64,000 bases of DNA from a virus (taxonomy: Duplodnaviria; Caudoviricetes), in the IMG/VR virus record IMGVR_UViG_3300020463_000001, positions 32,001 through 96,000 of that record, one strand, 5' to 3'. The position numbers were made by a program, and so were the translations under genes. The notes below the pieces were generated by a model. The model was not told the origin of the DNA, did not search any database, and saw nothing but the letters and a program-made list of their open reading frames with translations. This document shows positions 1-7,851 of this stretch, one piece after another (the stretch's first letter is position 1; each line of letters begins with the position of its first letter).

Positions 1-2
1 GA

Positions 3-134
3 CGCCGTATCTTTTACGGAGGCAAGATCGAATTAGAGATTGAGTTGACAAAAGAAGTCAGCATCATGGGTACGATTCGTCCGGTTGGGACTATCATGCC
101 TGTTTACGCAGAAGAAATCGTGGAGATTGTGTAG
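3..134 (+). CDS. hypothetical protein, 5'-truncated
   Basis: Open frame from the window start (RRIFYGGKIELEIEL...EIV) ending in TAG at 132-134, overlapping the next start; read by hand. Confidence 0.6.
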   Translation, partial: RRIFYGGKIELEIELTKEVSIMGTIRPVGTIMPVYAEEIVEIV

Positions 135-400
135 TGATTAAGTCATCTAAAGGAACTCAATTAGAACTTTTTGCCATTTCTGGCGAACAAGATCAGAAAC
201 TGGAAGAATTTATTGAGTACGTTCTCGATTTTTACAGTCCTGAGTCTGAACTTTATCCCGAAATGCAATTCACTAGGGAAGAAGTTGTTGCTGGTTACGA
301 GGAACGACTTATTCGCCACCAAGAACATGAGTTCGAAGGCGACACTATAGACCGCGAATGGGTTCGCGACATCGTTTTAGAAATGCGAGAGGCAGCATAA
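134..400 (+). CDS. hypothetical protein (88 aa)
   Basis: ORF track; TAATG-coupled to the next gene. Confidence 0.75.
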   Translation: MIKSSKGTQLELFAISGEQDQKLEEFIEYVLDFYSPESELYPEMQFTREEVVAGYEERLIRHQEHEFEGDTIDREWVRDIVLEMREAA

Positions 401-612
401 TGTTTACTAGAGAATATCTCCGCAAAGAATTAGAAACTCTAAAGTCAGAAGGCAAAGAATTTGGTGGTGAATTTTATTACAAGGAAAATATACATTCTTG
501 TAATAAGAACTTAGTTTCTTTTTGGAATAAACAAGAACTAAGAGAAGAGATTCCGGAGATGGAATACTACACTTTAGACTCTAATCACGGGTTAGGATGG
601 GAGTATTCGTAA
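400..612 (+). CDS. hypothetical protein
   Basis: ATG at 400 overlaps the upstream stop (TAATG); part of track ORF 358..612. Confidence 0.7.
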   Translation: MFTREYLRKELETLKSEGKEFGGEFYYKENIHSCNKNLVSFWNKQELREEIPEMEYYTLDSNHGLGWEYS

Positions 613-851
613 TGGAAACAATTTCCGCTGGACAATTTGTCAATCCCCTTACAGTCACCAAACTTAAGGTATACGAAACCGTAGATGGTTCGGAGATTAT
701 TGCTGGATCATCTCGCGGGCCCAGTGGAACTTGGGTTGCCGTCTATGATTGGAACAAGGAAGATAATACGCTCTACCGCATATGCAATCTTACCTATTCA
801 GAGAACAAAACTCTGATCGAACTTGCGGATTCTCTTTATTACGGAGAATAG
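612..851 (+). CDS. hypothetical protein
   Basis: TAATG coupling at 610-614. Confidence 0.7.
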   Translation: METISAGQFVNPLTVTKLKVYETVDGSEIIAGSSRGPSGTWVAVYDWNKEDNTLYRICNLTYSENKTLIELADSLYYGE

Positions 852-853
852 TC

Positions 854-1117
854 ATGGGGAATATCATAGATTTCCCCGGCGGAGATAAACCGAAGACAGA
901 CGAAGATCTGACAGAAGAGGAAAAAAGATTAGAGGCCGAGAAGTATGAAACTTTTCTGCGATACATACATTCTATCCGCGAAAGAATCTATGCAAAGAAT
1001 GAATTGGATCGTCAAACAGCAGAAGTTTATATCGCAGCAATCAATACAATATTTCCAGAATTGAGAGAAGCGATTAAGTACGCAATGGAAACTGAGATTG
1101 ACTGGAAGAAAAAATAA
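854..1117 (+). CDS. hypothetical protein (MGNIIDFPGG...)
   Basis: GGAG SD before ATG 854; 'NIIDFP' start is typical of small phage proteins. Confidence 0.75.
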   Translation: MGNIIDFPGGDKPKTDEDLTEEEKRLEAEKYETFLRYIHSIRERIYAKNELDRQTAEVYIAAINTIFPELREAIKYAMETEIDWKKK

Positions 1118-1118
1118 A

Positions 1119-1307
1119 ATGGAAAGTATTTGGAAATGTTTTGAAGTTTTTGATTCCAAACCAGAACGAGCCCATCGTGTATTTGAACTCCAGAGATATG
1201 CAAAGAAGAAACATTTGACTCTCAAATATGAGTTAAAACAAAACGACAGAGATGTTGTTTTATATTATCAATTTTTTGAAAACAAGGAAGAAAGTCAGTA
1301 TAAATAA
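1119..1307 (+). CDS. hypothetical protein
   Basis: ATG immediately after the upstream stop. Confidence 0.65.
   Translation: MESIWKCFEVFDSKPERAHRVFELQRYAKKKHLTLKYELKQNDRDVVLYYQFFENKEESQYK
1299..1306 (+). promoter_or_regulatory. T4-type late promoter TATAAATA
   Basis: Exact gp55 consensus upstream of a non-coding tract and tRNA-Gly. Confidence 0.7.
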
Positions 1308-1310
1308 TAT

Positions 1311-1480
1311 GACAGAATCGGCGATAGAGTCGAATACTCAACCAGTGATTGCATGGAGTTCTGCAGACTCCACCTACTAGGCTAGACTTTTCGTTCTCCG
1401 TTTTATTAAGGAGATCCCTAGAGGTAACAATCGTCTGAGTGTTGAGGATGACCTGAGTAAGTCATCTAGGATAAAACTGC
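1311..1480 (+). ncRNA. candidate structured RNA upstream of tRNA-Gly
   Basis: No long ORF; hairpins GGAGT/ACTCC, TCTCC/GGAGA, GATGAC/GTCATC; follows a late promoter. Confidence 0.35.
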
Positions 1481-1488
1481 TCACTTTT

Positions 1489-1563
1489 GCGGGTATCGTA
1501 TAAAGGCTATTACGTCAGCCTTCCAAGCTGATCATCTGAGTTCGATTCTCAGTACCCGCTCCA
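1489..1563 (+). tRNA. tRNA-Gly (TCC)
   Basis: GCGGGTA/TACCCGC acceptor stem, anticodon arm TCAGC-cttccaa-GCTGA, TTCGATT T-loop, encoded CCA. Confidence 0.95.
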
Positions 1564-1579
1564 AAGAGAGACTTTTGTA

Positions 1580-1801
1580 ATGGATACAATTGAAAACCTG
1601 TTGAAGACCCTTAGTTTGGGCACAGCAAAAATCACTTACAAAACTGTCAACTCTGGTAGAACGGAGTCTGTGATCGGAACCATGAAAGGTAAACCGATGC
1701 ATCAGAATTCTACTAGTGATGTTATTGTGGTACAAAATACAGAAACTAAACAGTATCAAGATATACGAGTTTCTACAATAAAGGATTGGAAAAAAATATA
1801 G
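1580..1801 (+). CDS. small SH3-like WYL_2/DUF2693-type protein
   Basis: Pattern AKITYKT..GRT..VIGTM...VIVV..TETKQYQDIRVSTI resembles the T4-like WYL_2 fold. Confidence 0.5.
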   Translation: MDTIENLLKTLSLGTAKITYKTVNSGRTESVIGTMKGKPMHQNSTSDVIVVQNTETKQYQDIRVSTIKDWKKI

Positions 1802-1807
1802 AATAAT

Positions 1808-1970
1808 GAGGCGTCTGCGATTTGAGGAAATGCTCTATAGAGAGCCTGAGTCAATTGCCCCCTAGTACTTCAGAGATGGCATTAATCGTGTGGGCAACAC
1901 GGTTCCTGTACTACGCACTGAGGATAGGATACGACAAGTTTTCCGATGGGTTGGATTCCCATCCGCCTCT
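1808..1970 (+). ncRNA. tRNA-like 163-nt RNA (acceptor stem plus T-arm, large internal domain)
   Basis: 5' GAGGCG (1808-13) pairs with CGCCTC (1964-69), which directly follows GATGGG-TTGGATT-CCCATC. Confidence 0.55.
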
Positions 1971-1979
1971 ACCCTCTTT

Positions 1980-2055
1980 GCCGGTTTAGCTCAGCAGGTA
2001 GAGCAACTCACTTGTAATGAGAAGGTCGGGAGTTCGATTCTCTCAACCGGCACCA
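1980..2055 (+). tRNA. tRNA-Thr (TGT)
   Basis: GCCGGTT/AACCGGC acceptor stem, CTCA-cttgtaa-TGAG anticodon arm, TTCGATT, CCA. Confidence 0.95.
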
Positions 2056-2070
2056 AATATCGGAGATTCC

Positions 2071-2214
2071 GTGATCATATTACGAAAGTGTAAAAGGTGT
2101 GAGGAATTAAAAGATGTAGATCTCTTCGTTATCGCGCATTATTCACAACTCGGCCCAATACATGGTACAATATGTAGACAGTGCGACGAACCAACCAAAA
2201 CCCCACCCAAATAG
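2071..2214 (+). CDS. small Zn-ribbon protein (CKRC...CRQC)
   Basis: GGAG SD then GTG at 2071; two CxxC motifs. The track start at 2017 lies inside the tRNA. Confidence 0.6.
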   Translation: MIILRKCKRCEELKDVDLFVIAHYSQLGPIHGTICRQCDEPTKTPPK

Positions 2215-2263
2215 AGATTCTAAATACTTATTGATTATAAATTAAGAGTATAGGGAATCTATT

Positions 2264-2740
2264 ATGGAAAACGAACAAGGCTCTAAAAAGAAAGATACCG
2301 GAAACAACTCTTCGCATTTGACGATGCGAACGCTTATGAGTGCGGATAATGTTTTCTTTGACGATCCTAAAGTTAAAATAGAAAGAATTCCTAGAAATGT
2401 CGCTGACAAATATATTGTGAGAGTAAGTTATGAACCTGTGTGGGTGAATTCAACTGGCGACTTCAATTCAACTGGCGAGATAGAAGATGTATTTGACATC
2501 ACTAGACAAGTCAACCAAATTCAAACTATCTTTAAGATTATAGAAAGAGATGATAAGACATATAAGACTGGATACGAAGCATATGAAATGCATTGTCCTA
2601 CTCTTTTGAAAATCGGGAAAGAACTCAATGAAATGTTTGGAGTCTGGTTGCTATACGCAGTATCTAAAATAATCCATTCAAAGAGCGAAAATCATTATAA
2701 TTTATTATGCGAGGCCTGGGAACCATTGAATCACTGGTAA
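2264..2740 (+). CDS. hypothetical protein (158 aa)
   Basis: ORF track; GGGA SD. Confidence 0.75.
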   Translation: MENEQGSKKKDTGNNSSHLTMRTLMSADNVFFDDPKVKIERIPRNVADKYIVRVSYEPVWVNSTGDFNSTGEIEDVFDITRQVNQIQTIFKIIERDDKTYKTGYEAYEMHCPTLLKIGKELNEMFGVWLLYAVSKIIHSKSENHYNLLCEAWEPLNHW

Positions 2741-2746
2741 AAAAAC

Positions 2747-2775
2747 TTGACAACTGCAGATTAAATCTGTATAGT
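2747..2775 (+). promoter_or_regulatory. sigma70-type early promoter TTGACA-17-TATAGT
   Basis: Consensus hexamers, 17-bp spacer, A-tract upstream. Confidence 0.75.
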
Positions 2776-2985
2776 GTATTCTAAGAAATGAAAAAACCTC
2801 AATTTCTTTTTTGTTATTAATTATGAACGAGGTGGCTGCGGAACTATACCTTCCAGTTCTAAAATAAGGGTATAGGGTTGGTTGCCAAAAGACCGCGACA
2901 ACTGTGGGTGATAGAGACTTTCCTCTCTCCCTCATCAACGCTCTTGATCCCACATTGTCGCACTTATTAATATATAGGAAATTCG

Positions 2986-3168
2986 ATGTCTGACGATGAT
3001 GATGGAAAGTATGAAGGGCCTGAAATGTCTGATGAAGAATTACTTCTCATCAAAATGGCGTTAGACTTAGTTGCGAAGAAGAGAGAAAGAAGAGAAAAAA
3101 ATAATGTCGTACATATTGAGAGATGGAGAGATAAGAACAAAAAAGACGAGCTCCCCGAAGAAAGATAG
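2986..3168 (+). CDS. hypothetical protein
   Basis: AGGA SD; ORF track. Confidence 0.65.
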   Translation: MSDDDDGKYEGPEMSDEELLLIKMALDLVAKKRERREKNNVVHIERWRDKNKKDELPEER

Positions 3169-3406
3169 ATTTAATTTAGAACAAGACATACAACAATGCT
3201 GGTTTATTACAGAAGATATTGATTTGCTCATGGAGTATATTCTTGAAAATCCGAAGTATCCTATGTCTCCCCAAGTAGAAGATTACGTCGCGAATAAGTT
3301 GCTGGGAATCCGAGAGTTGTATGAAATGAGATTTGAAAGATTGTGGGATACATTCCTGCAGTGTTATAAACTAACTCCCTACGGAGAGGATGTTAATGAT
3401 AATTGA
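3104..3406 (+). CDS. hypothetical protein (DRFNLEQDIQQCW...LLGIRELYEMRFERLWDTF)
   Basis: Motif resembles a recurrent small protein of marine T4-like phages; start uncertain. Confidence 0.65.
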   Translation: MSYILRDGEIRTKKTSSPKKDRFNLEQDIQQCWFITEDIDLLMEYILENPKYPMSPQVEDYVANKLLGIRELYEMRFERLWDTFLQCYKLTPYGEDVNDN

Positions 3407-4523
3407 TGAGACGTTGAAGTATGACTTCGATGATGTTTTGATTAGGCCTAAAAGGTCTGCCCTTAAGTCCAGAGAAGATGTAGATCTTTTTAGACTTCAC
3501 ACATTTAGGAACTATGAGGTTCCCTCACAATACGCTCCTAACTATCCAGAGTTTCTTAAGATAGAAGATTTTCCTTGTTGTCTAGGTCGAGAACCAAATC
3601 AAGAATTCCAGTATAAGGGAGTTCCGATAATGGCTGCGAATATGGATGGAGTTGGAACTATGAAGATGGCATCGACTCTATCTCATTCTGGAATATTTAC
3701 TTGTCTCAAGAAAAATTATAGTGCAGAAGAATTAATAAATTTCTTTAATGAAGAAACTCACCTAACGGAATGTGTCGCAGTAACCATTGGAATGACTCTA
3801 GAAGATAAAGAGAAGTTGGAACGAGTATATTCTGAAACAAAAATAAAGTATGTCTGTATTGATGTAGCAAATGGATATACGGAAAGTTTCTGTGACTATG
3901 TAGAAGATATTCGAAATACGTTTCCACACTTAGTTATCATCGCAGGCAATGTTGCAACTGCAGACCAAACTGGAGAACTGATTCTCAGAGGAGCGGATAT
4001 CGTCAAGGTCGGTATTGGGCCAGGATCTGTATGTACAACTAGAATTAAAACTGGAGTCGGGTATCCCCAGCTCTCCGCAATAATAGAATGTGCGGATGCC
4101 GCACATGGTTTGGGTGGCCATATTATTGCAGATGGTGGATGCCGCACTCCAGCAGATATTGCAAAGGCATTTTGCGCTGGTGCAGATTTTGTTATGGTCG
4201 GAGGAATGTTATCTGGTCATAAACAAGGTTTAGAAGATGACGCAGAAATAACTGATGGTAATATCACATTCTACGGAATGAGCTCCAAGACTGCAAATGA
4301 AACTCACAACGGCGGTCTCAAAGACTATCGTAGCGCAGAAGGAAGAGAAGTATTGATAAAGTATAGGGGAAATGTAGAACCTACCTTACATGACATTCTG
4401 GGGGGTCTGAGATCTACCTGTAGTTATATCGGAGCAAAGACACTCAAGGATATGTCCAAGTGCTGCACGTTCATCCGTACTACTCGACAATATAATACGG
4501 TGTATGAGCAAAACACCATATAA
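3390..4523 (+). CDS. guaC: GMP reductase, E. coli GuaC type (start may be 3396)
   Basis: DVLIRPKRS, AANMD, IDVANGY, KVGIGPGSVCTTR, GYPQLSA, FYGMSS, YRSAEG, GGLRSTCSY motifs. Confidence 0.93.
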   Translation: MLMIIDETLKYDFDDVLIRPKRSALKSREDVDLFRLHTFRNYEVPSQYAPNYPEFLKIEDFPCCLGREPNQEFQYKGVPIMAANMDGVGTMKMASTLSHSGIFTCLKKNYSAEELINFFNEETHLTECVAVTIGMTLEDKEKLERVYSETKIKYVCIDVANGYTESFCDYVEDIRNTFPHLVIIAGNVATADQTGELILRGADIVKVGIGPGSVCTTRIKTGVGYPQLSAIIECADAAHGLGGHIIADGGCRTPADIAKAFCAGADFVMVGGMLSGHKQGLEDDAEITDGNITFYGMSSKTANETHNGGLKDYRSAEGREVLIKYRGNVEPTLHDILGGLRSTCSYIGAKTLKDMSKCCTFIRTTRQYNTVYEQNTI

Positions 4524-4526
4524 ATA
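4519..4526 (+). promoter_or_regulatory. late promoter TATAAATA
   Basis: Exact consensus ahead of the fibre gene. Confidence 0.8.
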
Positions 4527-4543
4527 GTTCTTTAGGAATTATT

Positions 4544-6700
4544 ATGGCCGAAGCATATAACAACACCGTAACTACTTTACCAGAAATCACGGAAGATTTT
4601 TTCGCGTTTCTTGTTGTGCCTCCGGTCACATATTTTCGAAATCTTCAAACAACGGCAAGAGGGGTTTTGAGAGAAGACAGCTTTCTCAGAGTAACATCTA
4701 CTCAAGAAGAAGCAGAAAGTGTTAGAACATATCTGAAAGATAACTATGGCGTAGACACGCAAGTAGTTCCCCTCTCAGTAAATTTTAGAGAGGATTCAAA
4801 CGTGACATTATCACTAAAAAGATTAGTAGACGTAGAAGCAATAGATCGCGAACCAGATATCGGAGATTTAATCCAATACACTGGTAATCGCATGTTAATC
4901 CAAGGAGTAGATTCTCCAAGATATAATTTTGGAAGAATAGATACTCAATACGTCGATGAACATCCATCAAATTTATACTACACCAATTCCAGAGTCTCTT
5001 CTCATATAGGAACAACGTCACTAGATACTTTAACTCCAGATGAAGGTGATAACTCGACTAAAGTTGCAACAACGCAATATACTGATAGAGCAATCGCTAG
5101 TCTGATAGATTCTGCTCCGTCTACACTAGATACACTCAATGAACTCGCAGCAGCAATTAATGATGATGCGGATTTCCATACAACGGTATTGAGTGCGAAT
5201 GCAGCACTTCAGACTGAATTGGATACTACTCAGGCGGGGGCTGGTTTAACCGGAACCGGATTATACGAAGAAGATTCTAATACAACCTATCTTCGAGCCG
5301 CATCATCACTAAAGAATGCCGATTCTCTTTTAGATTCAGCATTATTTTCAATAGCGCAAGATTTAGATAGGACGCAAGCATCCGTTGGTTTAGATAGTGA
5401 CGGGGCTTTCATTTCTTTCTCAGATACTAATTACATAGATACTGCAACGACGATGAAAGATGCGGATGAGAAATTAGATGCACAGGCGAAAGTAAACGAA
5501 GATGCAATCGCAAACGAAGCGGTAACAAGGCAAAATGCGGATAGTGGGTTACAGATAGAATTAGATACAACTCAATCCGGAGCAGGACTAAGTGTATCTG
5601 GCCAATATTTCGCAAATAATTCTAGTACTCATTTGACCGCAGCAACGAGTCTCAAAGATGCGGATAATAAACTTGATGCCGCGTTGGTACAAGAAACTTC
5701 TGACAGAGCATCTGCAGATACTACCTTACAAACTAATATAGATTCCGAGGCATCTACAAGAGCATCTGCAGACACCGCATTGGATACTAGAATAGATAAT
5801 CTCCACGCAGTCGCAAGCTCTGGAAGTTACAATGATCTAATTAATAAACCAAGTCTGTTCTCTGGATCTTATAATGACTTGTCCAATAAACCAAGTTTGT
5901 TCTCTGGATCTTATAATGACTTGTCCAATAAACCAAGTTTATTCTCCGGTAACTATAGTGACTTGTCCAGTAAACCAAGTCTTTTCTCTGGATCTTATAA
6001 TGACTTGACCGATGTTCCCGCTGGAACAGACCTAACTGGTTATGCCACAGAAACATATGTCAATACTGCAGTTTCTAATTTAGTAGACTCTGCCCCTTCC
6101 GCACTAAACACATTGAATGAACTGGCAGCGGCACTGGGAGATGATTCTAACTTTAGCACAACAATAACAAATGCCCTTGCAAACAAAGCAAATACTTCAG
6201 ATATTTTTTCTGGCAACTATAATGACTTATCTAATAAACCATCTATTCCATCCGCATATAGTTTGCCAACTGCATCTAGTAGTACAAAGGGGGGTATTAC
6301 TACCAACTATACAACAAACGGAAAAAATTACGCAGTCCAGATGTCTGGTACAAACGCATATGTAAATGTTCCTTGGGTTTCTTCTACTGGTGGCGGTTTC
6401 TCTGGTGCGTATGCAGATCTTACCGGAAAACCTACTATCCCTACAAATAACAATCAACTGACAAATGGTGCTGGATATATTACTTCATCAAGTATCCCAT
6501 CAGTTCCCACGCACACTAGTCATTTGACTAATAATTCTGGATTTATTACTGCATCAAGTATCCCATCAGTTCCTACAAATAACAATCAACTAACAAATGG
6601 TGCTGGGTATATTTCTTCGATCCCTGCAGCCACTTCCCAAGCATTGGGTGGAGTCAAAGTATCATTCAGTAATGGCAATCTGTATATTTCGACAACATAA
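4544..6700 (+). CDS. tail-fibre-like protein (718 aa)
   Basis: DSAPSTLDTLNELAAA motif x2, SGSYNDLSNKP repeats, NNNQLTNGAGYI repeats, C-terminal GGVKVS..GNLYIS. Confidence 0.8.
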   Translation: MAEAYNNTVTTLPEITEDFFAFLVVPPVTYFRNLQTTARGVLREDSFLRVTSTQEEAESVRTYLKDNYGVDTQVVPLSVNFREDSNVTLSLKRLVDVEAIDREPDIGDLIQYTGNRMLIQGVDSPRYNFGRIDTQYVDEHPSNLYYTNSRVSSHIGTTSLDTLTPDEGDNSTKVATTQYTDRAIASLIDSAPSTLDTLNELAAAINDDADFHTTVLSANAALQTELDTTQAGAGLTGTGLYEEDSNTTYLRAASSLKNADSLLDSALFSIAQDLDRTQASVGLDSDGAFISFSDTNYIDTATTMKDADEKLDAQAKVNEDAIANEAVTRQNADSGLQIELDTTQSGAGLSVSGQYFANNSSTHLTAATSLKDADNKLDAALVQETSDRASADTTLQTNIDSEASTRASADTALDTRIDNLHAVASSGSYNDLINKPSLFSGSYNDLSNKPSLFSGSYNDLSNKPSLFSGNYSDLSSKPSLFSGSYNDLTDVPAGTDLTGYATETYVNTAVSNLVDSAPSALNTLNELAAALGDDSNFSTTITNALANKANTSDIFSGNYNDLSNKPSIPSAYSLPTASSSTKGGITTNYTTNGKNYAVQMSGTNAYVNVPWVSSTGGGFSGAYADLTGKPTIPTNNNQLTNGAGYITSSSIPSVPTHTSHLTNNSGFITASSIPSVPTNNNQLTNGAGYISSIPAATSQALGGVKVSFSNGNLYISTT
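5819..6010 (+). repeat. 42-nt tandem repeat, about 4.5 copies (SGSYNDLSNKPSLF)
   Basis: Units start at 5819, 5861, 5903, 5945, 5987. Confidence 0.95.
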
Positions 6701-7368
6701 TGACTAAATTTCATTATAATAACGGAGTACCTACTAATGTTTACTACAATAACCAAGTGGTAAATAAAGTATTCTATACAGACGCAAATGGAAACAATAC
6801 CGAAGTGTGGCCATTAACTCCTGCTACCCCGACTACTCCTGTTGCCCCGACTACTTCAATTGGAACTGCATTGACTGAGGTAGAAGTAACCTCAACTGGA
6901 TCGGGTCAACCTTTTATGCGAATTATTGTGAATTTTTTGGAGAATGGATTTATAGAAATTCGATCTCAGGAAGTAACCGCAATATCTGGTCATTCATTAA
7001 ATACAACTCCGATGCACTCTTCGTCTATTGGATACAGCGAACCTGATCCAACAATGTTTATTCAAGAATCGATTCTTCGAGAATTTAAGTGGACAACATC
7101 CGCAGCATCTAGTTTTTCTGGTTATCAATTTAAGTGCAGCGATAACCAAGGTACGGGATCTTCTTTGACTGAAGGCGGAGTTCTATCTAACTTCGATAAT
7201 TATTATACCTACGCTTACCAAGGCCCAGGCACGTTGGGATTTGTGCAGCTTAGGTTAGATAAAAACGGAATGGGCGATGCATCAAACACACATAAGTTTA
7301 CAATAAAAGATCCAACTGGAAATGAGGCTTCATTTAGTATTGATTTTTCAATTGAGATATCAGCATAA
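6700..7368 (+). CDS. putative fibre-tip adhesin partner
   Basis: TAATG-coupled to the fibre; N-terminal 'VYYNNQVVNKVFY...EVWP', P/T linker, domain paralogous to the C-terminus of 47668..49557. Confidence 0.6.
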   Translation: MTKFHYNNGVPTNVYYNNQVVNKVFYTDANGNNTEVWPLTPATPTTPVAPTTSIGTALTEVEVTSTGSGQPFMRIIVNFLENGFIEIRSQEVTAISGHSLNTTPMHSSSIGYSEPDPTMFIQESILREFKWTTSAASSFSGYQFKCSDNQGTGSSLTEGGVLSNFDNYYTYAYQGPGTLGFVQLRLDKNGMGDASNTHKFTIKDPTGNEASFSIDFSIEISA

Positions 7369-7371
7369 ATA
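7364..7371 (+). promoter_or_regulatory. late promoter variant CATAAATA
   Basis: Precedes the endolysin SD GGAGG. Confidence 0.55.
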
Positions 7372-7395
7372 GTTTTTTAATCGGAGGATTATAAT

Positions 7396-7848
7396 ATGGG
7401 ATTTAATTTATCATCAAGATCATTGAAGAGACTAGACGGAGTTGATCCGGATTTAGTCCAAGTAGTAAAATATGCAATCAAAGAAACCAAGATTGATTTT
7501 GGAGTCATCGAAGGTGTCCGTTCTATTCAGAAACAAGAAGAACTGGTTGCTGCTGGTGCATCACAAACAATGAAGTCAAAACACCTAGAAGGTCGCGCAG
7601 TCGATCTCATGGCTTATATCGGTAGTCGCGGAAGTTGGGAACTCAATGTCTATGATGAAATCGCAGACGCAATGAAAATCGGTGCGGAGAAAGTTGGTGT
7701 TGCGATTCGTTGGGGTGCTGCATGGACTATCAGTGATATCGGTGACTGGGATGGAACGATGGAAGATGCGATGAACTCTTACATCGATACGAGACGATCT
7801 CAGGGTAGAAGACCGTTCATTGATGCCCCTCACTTTGAGTTAATGTAG
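7396..7848 (+). CDS. endolysin, peptidase M15C (L-Ala-D-Glu peptidase)
   Basis: LSSRSLKRLDGV, EGVRS..Q, SKHLEGRAVD, RWG, DAPHFEL zinc-ligand motifs. Confidence 0.9.
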   Translation: MGFNLSSRSLKRLDGVDPDLVQVVKYAIKETKIDFGVIEGVRSIQKQEELVAAGASQTMKSKHLEGRAVDLMAYIGSRGSWELNVYDEIADAMKIGAEKVGVAIRWGAAWTISDIGDWDGTMEDAMNSYIDTRRSQGRRPFIDAPHFELM

Positions 7849-7851
7849 GGA

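Noticed and set aside
1434-1460. CTGAGT motifs as a hammerhead ribozyme core
   Set aside because: Not CUGANGA, located in a hairpin loop, and no matching GAAA/UH arrangement
1824-1836. GAGGAAA resembling RNase P RNA P4
   Set aside because: The following GUCC and the 3' P4 partner are absent
1808-1970. tmRNA or tRNA-Sec
   Set aside because: No G3-U70 pair, no tag ORF, too short for tmRNA, not in permuted order; no TCA anticodon arm
2986-3406. -1 frameshift at A-AAA-AAT joining the two overlapping ORFs
   Set aside because: The downstream ORF is in the +1 frame, not -1; the overlap is more simply an uncertain start
5819-6010. CRISPR array (also considered for 61870-62200)
   Set aside because: Repeats are contiguous, in frame and coding, with no unique spacers
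6697-6702. Stop read-through fusing fibre and adhesin (also at 47659-47664)
   Set aside because: Both fibres end in tandem stops (TAA-TGA; TAG-TAA) and the partner genes are in different frames
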